Of a stretch of DNA of 43,361 bases, positions 28,901 through 38,185 are shown one piece after another. The position numbers were made by a program, and so were the translations under genes. The notes under the pieces are model-generated. The model was not told the DNA's origin. It saw only the letters and a list, made by a program, of their open reading frames with translations, and ran no database searches. Position 1 is the first letter of the stretch. Each line of letters opens with the position of its first letter. The stretch lies in IMG/VR virus record IMGVR_UViG_3300017761_002393, positions 1 to 43,361 of that record; one strand, 5' to 3'. This DNA comes from a virus. Its lineage: Duplodnaviria > Caudoviricetes.

Positions 28901-31591
28901 ATAGTCAGTTCCTGAAGTAAGGCCACCAATTGATGAACCTCCACCTGAACTATAGGCAACTTTGGTTCCAGTAATGAAACCGTGACCTAAAACTTTAAAT
29001 ACGTTCTGTTGTGTATCTACAGTAGAACGAGGAACAAACTCTTTAACGATAAGTGGTACAAGACCATTTGCTTTAACAGTAAAGGTTGTTGTAGATGGAA
29101 GTGCATCTACTGTGTAGATACCATCTGGTGTACGGATGAGTGAGTAAAGTCTGTGCTTTCCAACTCCAACACCTGTTAGGTTAATGGCTGAACCATTAAC
29201 AGCATTGTCATAAGTTGTTGCCAACTTAATTTCATCACCGTTAGGAGCAATAATGTAGTAAGGAGAACCAGAGACAAGTCCTGTTAGAGGTGCTTGTCCT
29301 GCTGTATCGTAAGATACAAGTTCACCTGTAGTAAATCCGTGGTTTGGAATTGTGATTGTCTCAGTAGTCAAATCAACTGAGTTAACAGTCAGGGTGTGAG
29401 TTCCTGTACCTAGACCTGTTAGGTTAACAATCGCTGCTCCTGTTTTAACAGTAGACAACTTTATAATGTTGGCATCTACTCTAAATACGAAGTATGAAGA
29501 ACCATTTGTAAGTCCGCCAATTACCGTTCCTGCACCACTTGAGTAAACAACTCTTTGACCAGTTGACAGGTCGTGCTGTGGAATGTAAAGGCTGTCTTCT
29601 TCAACGTTAACTGTAACGAAGATAAATGAATGTCCAGTTCCAGTACCAGCAGATGTTAAATCTAAATCTGGGCCATTTAAAGACTGGCTTAGGATAATGC
29701 GGTTTGCATCTACTACTGTCTTTACGTAGTAAGTAGCACCATCAACAAGAGGAGCAATTACAGTTCCACCGTTGACTGCATACTTAACAGGCTGATTAGC
29801 CAAGAAACCGTGGTTGTTAATAGTAATCGTATTGGTTGCAATATTGACGATAATTTTGTCAAAACGCTCAATACTTGCAGCACCAGGGCTTGTCACATCA
29901 ACATCAGTAAATGATGGAGACGGAGTTGTACTTAGTTTATAAGAATAGTTGTCAACCTTATTGACATAGTAGGTTGCTGTATTTGCAGTGATGCCACCAG
30001 GAGAAGTTCCATTGGTAACAAACTTAACTGCTTCACCGTTACTCAACCCATGCAAAGATGGAGAGTAAAAAGTATTACTTGTTAAATCTACCTGTAGTGG
30101 AACTAAAGCGTGATACTTGCTTCCCCCAGCAGTTAAAGTAATTGCGTTTGTTCCGTCATTTGCATCAACTGCAGTTGGGTGCAAAGTAACTGTTGCAGCA
30201 GCAGCAGCAACGAGAGTTACTGTTACTTGACCATCAGCATCAGTAGTCCACGCATTGAGGTTTGTAATTGTTTCTGTTCCCCAAGATGTTGAGCCGTTGA
30301 AAGAACCAGTTGAGGTTGCAACGTTTGTTGCTGAAGTTACGATGAATGAACCACCGCCACCACCTGCAACTCGTGCAGCATTAGAGCGAGCACCAGCACC
30401 ACCAGAGTAGCCACCAGCACCACCAGATTGACCAGTTGTATCTCCGTCAGAAGATGCACCGCCACCAAATCCGCCAAATCCACCAACTGTTCCGCCAAGA
30501 GAAGCAACTGTTAAACCTGTAGCAAAAGAGCCACCGCCTCTAATTCCTGTAGTTGCGTTAGAACCATCTGTAGAGAAACCGCCACCGCCACCAGAGTTAC
30601 CTCCAGTTGCAACTGAGCCGTTACCATTTGAGCCACCGTCACCACCAGCAGAAGAAGAACCGCCAGCAGTTGTAAGGGAACCATCTCGACCGTTAGTAGT
30701 ATCCGCATCTGCAGAACCACCTCCCGCCACAAAAAGAGGAACGTTTCCTGATTTACGAACAACCCAAGTACCGCCACCTGAACCGCCATAAATTGAACCA
30801 GAACGAGCAGCAGTTCCGCGTTGTCCAACTACAATAGTAATAACTTCACCCTTTTGCAGGAATACTCTTCCTTGCACAATCGCACCACGACCAGCAGCAC
30901 CAGAACCAGAACCGTTAAGTCCTGAAGCACCGCGAACGTTAAATGTGTATGTACCAGAGGTTGGAACTGTCCAGTCTTGATAGCCTTGGAAGTCACCTGC
31001 TTGTAGGTAATCTGTTCTCCAAGTAGCACCACTGTAACTAGAGTGTGCCTTAATAGTAGAGATTGCTGGTCCTACGTTTCCAGTAGTTCCAGCAGTTGTA
31101 AATGTAAAGGATGAGAATGAGTAGAGAGCATTTGCTGTACCAAAACCTGTGTTTGAGGTTTTAATAAAGTAAACGCTATTTTTTGTAAGACCGCCAATTG
31201 CAGTGCCATCTGTTACATAGCGGACTGCTTGGTTATCTGAAAGAGTTGCTTCAATAGAAAGTTTATTTTGGTATACGTAAGGAGCGTTAAAAAACGCAGT
31301 TCCCGCAGTAGGAGTTGTTAGGGTTACATCAGTACCACCAGCAGTTGTGCTAAAGAATACTTGAGCAGTTCCAACACGCTTAATGTAGTAAAGAGAACTA
31401 TCACTAAGACCATTGATTGTTCCTAGACCAGTGTTGTAAATAAAGGCAGAACCATCACGTAGTGCTGCAGGGACAGTAGGTTGACCAGTGCCATCTGTTG
31501 GGTAGTAGAGGTAGTAGTCAGCAGTATTGATATTTGTGGGTGTAAAGGTATGAGTTCCCGTTAAACCTGCTGCGGTAATATTAATTGGCAT
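25994..31591 (-). CDS. Giant modular virion appendage/adhesin (1865 aa)
   Basis: About 10 copies of a ~75-aa HG(F/L)xxGxxVxY...GL..G..YYV...IKL repeat, an ALK/LTK-like Gly-rich domain, and a lectin-like core (RQTRKYFRYQSGKG...IDYSWYGAGKIRFGF). Confidence 0.75.
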   Translation of the reverse strand: MPINITAAGLTGTHTFTPTNINTADYYLYYPTDGTGQPTVPAALRDGSAFIYNTGLGTINGLSDSSLYYIKRVGTAQVFFSTTAGGTDVTLTTPTAGTAFFNAPYVYQNKLSIEATLSDNQAVRYVTDGTAIGGLTKNSVYFIKTSNTGFGTANALYSFSSFTFTTAGTTGNVGPAISTIKAHSSYSGATWRTDYLQAGDFQGYQDWTVPTSGTYTFNVRGASGLNGSGSGAAGRGAIVQGRVFLQKGEVITIVVGQRGTAARSGSIYGGSGGGTWVVRKSGNVPLFVAGGGSADADTTNGRDGSLTTAGGSSSAGGDGGSNGNGSVATGGNSGGGGGFSTDGSNATTGIRGGGSFATGLTVASLGGTVGGFGGFGGGASSDGDTTGQSGGAGGYSGGAGARSNAARVAGGGGGSFIVTSATNVATSTGSFNGSTSWGTETITNLNAWTTDADGQVTVTLVAAAAATVTLHPTAVDANDGTNAITLTAGGSKYHALVPLQVDLTSNTFYSPSLHGLSNGEAVKFVTNGTSPGGITANTATYYVNKVDNYSYKLSTTPSPSFTDVDVTSPGAASIERFDKIIVNIATNTITINNHGFLANQPVKYAVNGGTVIAPLVDGATYYVKTVVDANRIILSQSLNGPDLDLTSAGTGTGHSFIFVTVNVEEDSLYIPQHDLSTGQRVVYSSGAGTVIGGLTNGSSYFVFRVDANIIKLSTVKTGAAIVNLTGLGTGTHTLTVNSVDLTTETITIPNHGFTTGELVSYDTAGQAPLTGLVSGSPYYIIAPNGDEIKLATTYDNAVNGSAINLTGVGVGKHRLYSLIRTPDGIYTVDALPSTTTFTVKANGLVPLIVKEFVPRSTVDTQQNVFKVLGHGFITGTKVAYSSGGGSSIGGLTSGTDYYVINVNKDYIKVASSADNAISGTPISITDFGSGNGHHFTSAQINGQIVGAGTVTTESGSVLVAGSGTAFAKILKVGDKFRVFPSNTNKSNTFASAAFNAATNVITITSHGYLTGDVVTYTAGAGGVAPTGLVTTYNYYVRRIDASSITLHNTLTDANNNTNQVDFTNQGTGSNHNLINVVPRTPIIRTITAIGSDTQITIDRPYSEAYTGVSYAYPTFIYVRPEGYSLHRPFDGGVEMSTGVGTSFSQIVRQTRKYFRYQSGKGIQVSFAINFKPSIDLETLTKISATTIQGKTRRPHGLLNGLTVAIKDALKPDGTTSTVYNGLFQISVLDPYNFTYISPAAIPAGQEKSYGFAHLYVNAWQNGAVRSGMFDFQNGMFFEFDGQKIYAVRRSSTQQIAGVAAAQQGSELVFGTGTAFTSQLAAGDFIVMRGQTYKVANVASDTQITIKPEYKGSSGPIKEFNPQTVVNATADTFTILGHGFVENLAVNYDSIDGTPIGGMINGRTYYVKVVDNNTFKLMGTPNSVSTVALSDTGAGTLHSFQPSKAGIIITKTIDTRVAQESWNIDVCDGTGPTGYVLDLSKIQMAYIDYSWYGAGKIRFGFKDASGIVKYVHEFKHNNVLYESYLRSGNLPARYEVTTLSNPTYIPYLFHWGTSVIMDGRFDDDKAYLFTGTSQTLQILGTTAKSFGSKAINVANNRVNIPTHGFTSGDAVTFQGFTSAGLAGVVSQNPGTTSTAGHPFTNMQNQRTYYVCRQDADNITFHNTQADATASTGTAPNIVLGANTLDLTTAGNTQYTFFIYPLGAANNTSGINYQPLLSIRLSPSVSEGLTGKLGDRDVINRMQLTMSEIGIQTTQLVDVKLLLNGRLNNLNFQGVPQPSLTQTIQHTSNDTISGGVQVYNFRASGGSAGGENSTTVNISELFELSNSILGGDSVYPDGPDILTIAVARLTGSTTLTSAKLSWREAQA

Positions 31592-31604
31592 ATTTACTCA
31601 CTCC

Positions 31605-34307
31605 TTAACTTGTTGTTGTCATGTCGGTAGTATTGGTTTGTGGATAAGCACGGTTTGGTCCCCAAATAATGCGAACTGCACCGCCTCCACCATTTCCGCC
31701 ACCATAGTAAGCAGAACCAGAACCACCCGCTCCACCACCATAAATACCGCCGTTAATATCGCCACGACCGTAGTAGTGGTAAGGCTCACCGAATCCACCT
31801 TGTGTTCCACCTGAACCACCGCGACCACCGTGACCGTAAGAGACAGACTCACCGTCGTTAAACTGTCCGTTAATACCTACACCGCCACCAGCAGGTGTTC
31901 CCCAGTATGAGGAGTGCATAGCACCCGCTCCACCGCCACCACCGTAACCTTTACCACCGTTGTAATCTCCACCATGACCTTGGTAACCACCAGCACCGCC
32001 ACCAGCATAAGGCCAGTTCCAGTTAGTGTATCCACCACGACCGCCACCACCAGATGAACCACCTGAGAATGTGTATCCACCAGAGGCACCACCAGCAGAG
32101 TTAGGTCCACCTTGTCCTGAACCATAACCAATAATGTGGTTAGTTGCGCTTGAGTTGCGTCGTAATACTGAGTTATTACCTGGGCGAGAACCTTCGTAAG
32201 ACCAAGTGCTTCCGCCACCGCCAACTTCAACGGTAAATGTTTCTCCTGGAGTTACAGGAAGGCCTGCAATCCAAGCAGTTCCTCCACCGCCACCAGCACC
32301 GTATGACCAAATGTAAGAACCACCGCCACCGCCACCAACAGCCATTGCTGAAATTGTTGATACGCGAGCAGGAACTGTAAATGTAAATGAGCCAGGAGAT
32401 GTAAATGCTGACTGTCCTTGTGGAGGTGGAGCAGTAAAGTTAATCTGAACGACCTGGAATGCTTGACCACCAGAAGTATCTGTTGCTGTAATTGTGTGTT
32501 GTGCAGCATAAGCACCAGTAGGAGTTCCGCTAATTAAACCTGTAGAGGTGCTCATTGATAAACCTGAAGGCAATGCTGGAGAGATGGAGTAAGAAACTGT
32601 TCCAACAAATCCTTGAGCAGTTATAGACTGTTGAGAACCAGCAACAATATTGTTAGTTACCGCTTCTCCCGTAATTGAGGCTGTAAGAGGAAGAACAGAT
32701 GCCAACAAGTGGTTCATCTTAAAGTTATGGTCATCATACTTATTTGTAACGAAGTAAAAGTCTTTTGCTTCAGAGCCAGGGGTAGTAAAACGACCGTTTG
32801 ATGGGTAGGCGTACTTAATCATCTGCTTATCAACAAAGCCATTGCTCTTTACGTGAACAATGTCAAGGTCTGCAGAAACACCAATTTGTCTAAACTTTTG
32901 AGTTCCAGTTCCACCTGACATAGAGGTGATAGGAGTTCCTGCTGAACCTGGTAAGTTCTTTAGAGTAAAGAAGTACTGTCCTGGGGTATTGTTAAAGAAG
33001 AATGTGTCAATAAAGTAAGTGTTATTTGCAGTCAATCCTGTAGCAGCATTTCCTGTAGTGGTGTACTGAACCATAGTTCCGTTATACCAGTCAAGGTCTG
33101 AGATACCTGAGTCAGAGAGCATGCTGACTAGAGAACCGCTAAAGGCAGAAATGGTTCCGCCACCACCAGCAGTATTTGCACCGTCAAAAGTCTTTGGAGT
33201 TCCAAGTTGAACTGTGATAGGTGCTTCTAATCCCTGGTTATTTCCAGCAAAGGTCTTTGCAAGATTTGCTAGTTGGAAAGTTCCTGTCATTGAACTAACA
33301 ATGTCAATAGTGGTTCCGTTTGGAATCTCACTTACAGAGAATGTTGCTGTAGAAGCACTGAGAGTTCCAGTTGATTTTACAAAAACAATTCCACGCGGAT
33401 TAGTAAAGAAGTAGCCTGAACCCGCAACTACGTTGTAGTAAAGAGGAGTTCCAATAATAGCGTTTACAAATGTTTCGCCAGTCTGGTGTGAGACGGTAAT
33501 TGTGTCTGCTGATGTATCAACAGAGAGAATACTGCTTGTAATATTTCCAGTACTTGCCTTGTTATCGACATTAATAGGAAGGTAATTTAAAGTGTTTGAA
33601 CCATCAAATGTTTGTGCAGTAGATGAGTTAGAAGCATCGAAAGACTTACCAGTTGTATTTGAAGAGTCGAACTCTTGAGAAATAGATGAGTTTAGGTTAA
33701 GGAAATAGAACGGAGTATTTAAACCAAAACCGTGTGGGCTATCTGTTTTAACTGTAAGAGTTGAGATAGTTCCTGCATCTGTTTTAATACCTTCAGAGTC
33801 TGAAATTCTAATTTGAGAACCCTGGAAAAATTCACCTGTAATAACAGATGTGTACAAATCTTCGATAGAAGCAGTTTGTGCTTGGTTTTGCTTACATAGA
33901 TAAGTAAAAGATGATGGTGTTGGAACTGAGTTAATAATGAAAGAACCATTGGCTGTAAGAGATTTTGTTCCAGCAACGTTGATAGGAATACCAACTGCAA
34001 GTCCATGAGCAAGAGAGGTAATAACTTTAATTTCTCGAGATTGCTCTGTAGATAAAATTGATGCGATATTAGGGATAGTTGTATCACCGCTCTTTGAGAA
34101 GAACGATGGAGTGTTGTTAATAAGTTCAACGGTTTCCCACTTAGTAGGCTGTAGACCATATTCAAAGTCAGTATCAATCAGTGTTTCAGGTTGTGAAACA
34201 CGGAGTTTAGTTACTGGGTCAATAAACTGTGATGGGAAAGTTATCTCTCCACCTGTGCCAGAAGAACTTGTACTTCCTCCACTACTACCACCAAGAAAAC
34301 CAGGCAT
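31605..34307 (-). CDS. Modular virion appendage protein with putative Ig domain and C-terminal Gly-rich adhesin domain
   Basis: LRVSQPETLIDTDFEYG N-terminus; He_PIG-like YSISPALPSGLSMSTSTGLISGTPT; FTVPARVSTISAMAVGGGGGG...GGNGGGGAVRIIWG. Confidence 0.75.
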   Translation of the reverse strand: MPGFLGGSSGGSTSSSGTGGEITFPSQFIDPVTKLRVSQPETLIDTDFEYGLQPTKWETVELINNTPSFFSKSGDTTIPNIASILSTEQSREIKVITSLAHGLAVGIPINVAGTKSLTANGSFIINSVPTPSSFTYLCKQNQAQTASIEDLYTSVITGEFFQGSQIRISDSEGIKTDAGTISTLTVKTDSPHGFGLNTPFYFLNLNSSISQEFDSSNTTGKSFDASNSSTAQTFDGSNTLNYLPINVDNKASTGNITSSILSVDTSADTITVSHQTGETFVNAIIGTPLYYNVVAGSGYFFTNPRGIVFVKSTGTLSASTATFSVSEIPNGTTIDIVSSMTGTFQLANLAKTFAGNNQGLEAPITVQLGTPKTFDGANTAGGGGTISAFSGSLVSMLSDSGISDLDWYNGTMVQYTTTGNAATGLTANNTYFIDTFFFNNTPGQYFFTLKNLPGSAGTPITSMSGGTGTQKFRQIGVSADLDIVHVKSNGFVDKQMIKYAYPSNGRFTTPGSEAKDFYFVTNKYDDHNFKMNHLLASVLPLTASITGEAVTNNIVAGSQQSITAQGFVGTVSYSISPALPSGLSMSTSTGLISGTPTGAYAAQHTITATDTSGGQAFQVVQINFTAPPPQGQSAFTSPGSFTFTVPARVSTISAMAVGGGGGGSYIWSYGAGGGGGTAWIAGLPVTPGETFTVEVGGGGSTWSYEGSRPGNNSVLRRNSSATNHIIGYGSGQGGPNSAGGASGGYTFSGGSSGGGGRGGYTNWNWPYAGGGAGGYQGHGGDYNGGKGYGGGGGAGAMHSSYWGTPAGGGVGINGQFNDGESVSYGHGGRGGSGGTQGGFGEPYHYYGRGDINGGIYGGGAGGSGSAYYGGGNGGGGAVRIIWGPNRAYPQTNTTDMTTTS

Positions 34308-34380
34308 TAGTTACGACCATCCTTCTCTATAATCATCTTGCATACTTTACTAATTAATTTTGCATTTAACTGTGTAAACA

Positions 34381-36525
34381 TCATGCTCCTAGCCACCACA
34401 TAGTAGATAGTGCTAATGAACCAGCCTGTCCTTGTGGACCTGTTGGACCAGAGTTTCCTGAAGCAACTTCTGTCCACGTACCGTTAAAGAATACGTAAGT
34501 TTTTGCGTTTTGAGTGTTAAACCAAGCATCACCTGGCTCTGCTTCTGCAATAGGAGGAGCACTCGCTGAAGCGGTGAACTGACCAACAGGACCAGTTGGA
34601 CCAGTTGGACCTGTAGGACCTGTAGGACCAACAACTGTTGATGCTGCACCAGTAGGACCAGTTACACCCTGTGGACCAGTTGGACCAGTAGGGCCACGCT
34701 TATCGTAGATAGCAATTACACCAACTTGAGTTGCATCTTGAACACTTCGGTAAATTAAGTTTGCGGGAGCATCAAGAGGAACTGTGTAGGTAATAATATT
34801 AGGAGTACTACCTGCATAGGCTCCCGTAGAAATGACGTTTCCAACCATTCCAGGAATTGGGTTTGCAGTATCTGTTAAGTTAAAACGAATTACAAAAGAA
34901 TCTGTGATTGGAACAGAACTTAAATCAAAGTAGTAGGTTTCTCCACGAACAACATCAAGTGTTGGTGTATCTCCTGTAATACCTTCAACTAAGAATTGTG
35001 TTCCCGCACCATTATTTGTAATCTTAAAGGTTGTTCCGTTACGTGCACCTGTTGGGCCTTGTGAACCTGTTGGTCCAGTAGCACCAGTCGGTCCAGTAGC
35101 ACCTGTAGGTCCTGTAACTGTGCTTGCAGCACCAGTAGAACCTGTTGCACCAGTAGGTCCTGTAGCACCAGTTGGACCACGGAATGGTCCACCATCTGTC
35201 CACACTGAACCTGACCAAATATAAATGTTTCCAGAAGCGGTTACTAAGTAAGCATCACCAGTAGTGTTTCCACTTGCAGGAAGGTCATTAACAGTGGCAA
35301 CAGTTCCCTTAAGGTTAATAGATGTACCAGCAGCACCTGTAGCACCTGTTGGTCCAGTTGCACCAGTTGCACCAGTAGGGCCTGTAACAGTTGAGTTAGC
35401 ACCTGTTGCTCCAGTTGGACCTGTTGCACCAGTAGGGCCTGTAACGGTAGAGGCAGCACCAGATGCACCAGTAGCACCAGTAGGGCCTGTTGAACCTGTA
35501 GCACCAGTTGGTCCAGTTACAGTTGAGGCTGCACCAGTTGGTCCTGTAGGGCCAGTAGGTCCTTGTGAACCTGTTGGACCAGTTACATTTGAAGCAGCAC
35601 CAGTATCACCAGTTGGACCAGTTAAACCTCTAGGTCCTGTAGGTCCTTGAATGTTTCCAACGTTATTCCATGTACCAAAGTTTGGTGGAGTTGAGTTTGG
35701 GGTCCAAACATATAAATCACCACTTGCGATTAAATAAGCATCGCCAAAATTTCCTGTAGGACGAGCAGCAAGTAATGTTGCTTGGTCTGCATACTCACCC
35801 TTAATTGTTACAGCAGTTCCTTGTGCACCAGTTGGACCAGTAGGTCCTGTAGGTCCTGTGTTACCTGTAGGACCAGTAACAGTTGAAGCAGCACCCGTTG
35901 GTCCTGTGTTACCAGTTGCACCAGTTGGTCCAGTAAAACCAAGTGCACCTTGTGCACCAGTCGGACCTGTTGGACCAGTTACTTGTGAATCTGCACCAGT
36001 CGGACCTGTTGGACCAGTTACACCAATTACACCTTGTGGTCCTGTAGGACCTGTTGCACCAGTATTACCCGCAACACCAGATGCACCAGTTGGTCCAGTT
36101 ACACCTTGAACGCCTTGAATACCTTGAATACCTTGTTGACCAGTTGGTCCTGTTGCACCCATTGCACCAGTCGCACCAGTAGAACCCATTGCACCAGTTG
36201 GTCCTGTTGCTCCTGCTGAACCTGTTGGTCCAGTTACACGAGAGTCAGCACCAGTTGGTCCAGTAGGACCTGATGCACCAGTAAATCCAGTTAAACCTTG
36301 TGGTCCAACTGAACCAGTAGGACCTTGTGGTCCTGTTGCACCAGTCGCACCAGTTGCACCAGTAGAACCTGTTGCACCAGTTGCAGAAGCAGAACCTGCA
36401 GGACCTTGTGGACCTGTTGGACCTGTTGGTCCTTGATAACCACGTGCTCCTCGAGTTGTAGGAACGCCAGGTAAAAGTGCAGGGTCAATCTCTGGGTAGA
36501 GAGGGCTATTTGGGTCAATAGGCAT
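34381..36525 (-). CDS. Collagen-like fibre (714 aa) with knob domains
   Basis: Extensive GPT/GAT triplets, two GDAYL...Y(V/I)W knob repeats and one ligand-less cupredoxin-like domain. Confidence 0.85.
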   Translation of the reverse strand: MPIDPNSPLYPEIDPALLPGVPTTRGARGYQGPTGPTGPQGPAGSASATGATGSTGATGATGATGPQGPTGSVGPQGLTGFTGASGPTGPTGADSRVTGPTGSAGATGPTGAMGSTGATGAMGATGPTGQQGIQGIQGVQGVTGPTGASGVAGNTGATGPTGPQGVIGVTGPTGPTGADSQVTGPTGPTGAQGALGFTGPTGATGNTGPTGAASTVTGPTGNTGPTGPTGPTGAQGTAVTIKGEYADQATLLAARPTGNFGDAYLIASGDLYVWTPNSTPPNFGTWNNVGNIQGPTGPRGLTGPTGDTGAASNVTGPTGSQGPTGPTGPTGAASTVTGPTGATGSTGPTGATGASGAASTVTGPTGATGPTGATGANSTVTGPTGATGATGPTGATGAAGTSINLKGTVATVNDLPASGNTTGDAYLVTASGNIYIWSGSVWTDGGPFRGPTGATGPTGATGSTGAASTVTGPTGATGPTGATGPTGSQGPTGARNGTTFKITNNGAGTQFLVEGITGDTPTLDVVRGETYYFDLSSVPITDSFVIRFNLTDTANPIPGMVGNVISTGAYAGSTPNIITYTVPLDAPANLIYRSVQDATQVGVIAIYDKRGPTGPTGPQGVTGPTGAASTVVGPTGPTGPTGPTGPVGQFTASASAPPIAEAEPGDAWFNTQNAKTYVFFNGTWTEVASGNSGPTGPQGQAGSLALSTMWWLGA

Positions 36526-37580
36526 TACGTTGTCACCTCACGCACTGTAAATAGTTTGCCTGCCTTATACGTTGTTCTTTGTCCATCGTTATAAACAAAT
36601 TCGATGTCCCAGTACATACGCTGTGCAAGTCTCCTGGTCTGTTCTTTGGTTAAACTAATATTGATTGTATGGCTTGTATTATCCGTGCCAGATGTAGTAA
36701 CTGTCACCGTAAAAGGCATGTGACTTTGTGGAGCACCCGCTTTCCAGCGAATATTGGCTACGGCTCCCTTTTCAGTGAGGTTTCCGACGTACGGAATAGA
36801 GTACGTAAACGCCACATCTTGATAGGCAGTAAGTTCCACAGAGTCATAAGGTCGCTCTGAGGGCTGGTCGCCATAGGTAGGTCGGGCAAGTTCGATTCTT
36901 TCTGGGTAAGAGTAATCATCCACCTCCTGTGGTCGATAAACTGGAACGTAGTGGTTTGTGGTTTTAGAAATTCTGCGGAATGTGAATACTTCAATTCTAT
37001 AAAGACCAATTCCTAGCAATATACACAGTTCACGATATTGGTCTTTGCGTGCTTGAATCATATCCATTAATTGACGGTAACGCTCAGAACGTGGAATTGT
37101 CACACCGTCTGGAGCGAATACGTTAATATCAAAAGAAGCATCTGTTGCTAAAGTATAAAGAGCAAGTGTGCTTGCAAGAAGAGATACTGGATACACCTCT
37201 ACTGGAGGAAGATTTTCAAGTGTCTGTATTCTTCCTAGCGAGTCTGTTCTATTATTTGAATGCTGCAGTACAGCATTTTCTACAAAGCGATTAATTTCTG
37301 CTGGTGTGAAATATCTAAAGTAATTGCCAGCAACTGTGATTTCAGTTCCATCTGGTGGAATTACATCTGTTACCAATACTCCGCTTGCCTCTTCTACAGA
37401 GACATCGTTGGAAACGTTGAAGTCATCAAATCTTACGTACAGGCTTGCTGCATCTACTGGAGAGTAGTGAAGACCAAATCTATTTGTTGTACCATCTGCA
37501 ATAAACTGCATAACAAAAGACTTAGAGGAGTCTCCTATTTCGGACCTAACCATTTCGGCTAAGTTAGACGCTGTTGCCAC
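36525..37580 (-). CDS. Head-tail adaptor/neck protein with C-terminal BppU-like domain
   Basis: [11 protein letters not shown]...[14 protein letters not shown] adaptor-like region and a C-terminal [10 protein letters not shown]...YWDIEF...[14 protein letters not shown] Ig-like anchor. TAATG-coupled to the collagen gene. Confidence 0.6.
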   Translation of the reverse strand: MATASNLAEMVRSEIGDSSKSFVMQFIADGTTNRFGLHYSPVDAASLYVRFDDFNVSNDVSVEEASGVLVTDVIPPDGTEITVAGNYFRYFTPAEINRFVENAVLQHSNNRTDSLGRIQTLENLPPVEVYPVSLLASTLALYTLATDASFDINVFAPDGVTIPRSERYRQLMDMIQARKDQYRELCILLGIGLYRIEVFTFRRISKTTNHYVPVYRPQEVDDYSYPERIELARPTYGDQPSERPYDSVELTAYQDVAFTYSIPYVGNLTEKGAVANIRWKAGAPQSHMPFTVTVTTSGTDNTSHTINISLTKEQTRRLAQRMYWDIEFVYNDGQRTTYKAGKLFTVREVTT

Positions 37581-37643
37581 GTATCCTCCGTGCTTAAACT
37601 CTAGATGCTAATGATTCCTTATTAAGCAAATTTAATCAGCATT

Positions 37644-37690
37644 AAAAAGGTTACTCCTCTAGGAGGAGGGCAGAAACTAGAGGAGTAACC
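37644..37690 (-). terminator. Rho-independent terminator (14-bp stem)
   Basis: The minus strand reads GGTTACTCCTCTAG-14-nt loop-CTAGAGGAGTAACC followed by TTTTT. Confidence 0.75.
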
Positions 37691-37719
37691 AGAGGATTGA
37701 CGATAACTAAACGGTTGGT

Positions 37720-38091
37720 TTAGTTTGGTCGCCAAATATAACCTAGACCTTCGAGATAGTTAGCCAGTTCTGAAGGAACTGAATATTTAACTCCTGCTTT
37801 AAAGTTGTATGTATTTCCTACACCCCAGGTCATTTCTTCAATGTCTGTGATGGTTCGGATAACAACTTTGTCATTTGCAAGTGTTACGCCAACTTCTACG
37901 ATTTCGTCTAGAACAATTGGTTTCTCTGGGTTCTTTGGGTCAAAGACCGCAGTTTCCAGAAGTTCAGCCTCAACCTTGTTCGCTGTAGAAATTTCTTCCT
38001 TACGCTTACGAAGTGCTTCTGCATTTTCTTTTGTTGCTTGTTCCTGTGCACGCCCTGTTGCGTCCAGAGGACTAGTTGCTTTGTTTGCCAC
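37720..38091 (-). CDS. Hypothetical capsid-associated protein (123 aa)
   Basis: AAGGAG SD, directly after the major capsid gene; C-terminal YNFKAGVKYSVPSELANYLEGLGY. Confidence 0.7.
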   Translation of the reverse strand: MANKATSPLDATGRAQEQATKENAEALRKRKEEISTANKVEAELLETAVFDPKNPEKPIVLDEIVEVGVTLANDKVVIRTITDIEEMTWGVGNTYNFKAGVKYSVPSELANYLEGLGYIWRPN

Positions 38092-38132
38092 GATGTATTT
38101 CTCCTTGTGTTAGTTTTGTAATTTTTTGTGGA

Positions 38133-38167
38133 GGAAGAGTCCCAAAGAAGGAGTATGGGACTCTTCC
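38133..38167 (-). promoter_or_regulatory. Stable 12-bp stem-loop after the major capsid gene
   Basis: GGAAGAGTCCCA-11-nt loop-TGGGACTCTTCC. There is no U-tract on the minus strand, so it is more likely a stabiliser or attenuator. Confidence 0.6.
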
Positions 38168-38185
38168 AACCAAACGCTTATTTAA

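Noticed and set aside
34381-36525. Tandem nucleotide repeats as a possible CRISPR array
   Set aside because: They have a 9-nt periodicity encoding Gly-X-Thr, with no constant repeat/unique spacer structure and no cas genes.
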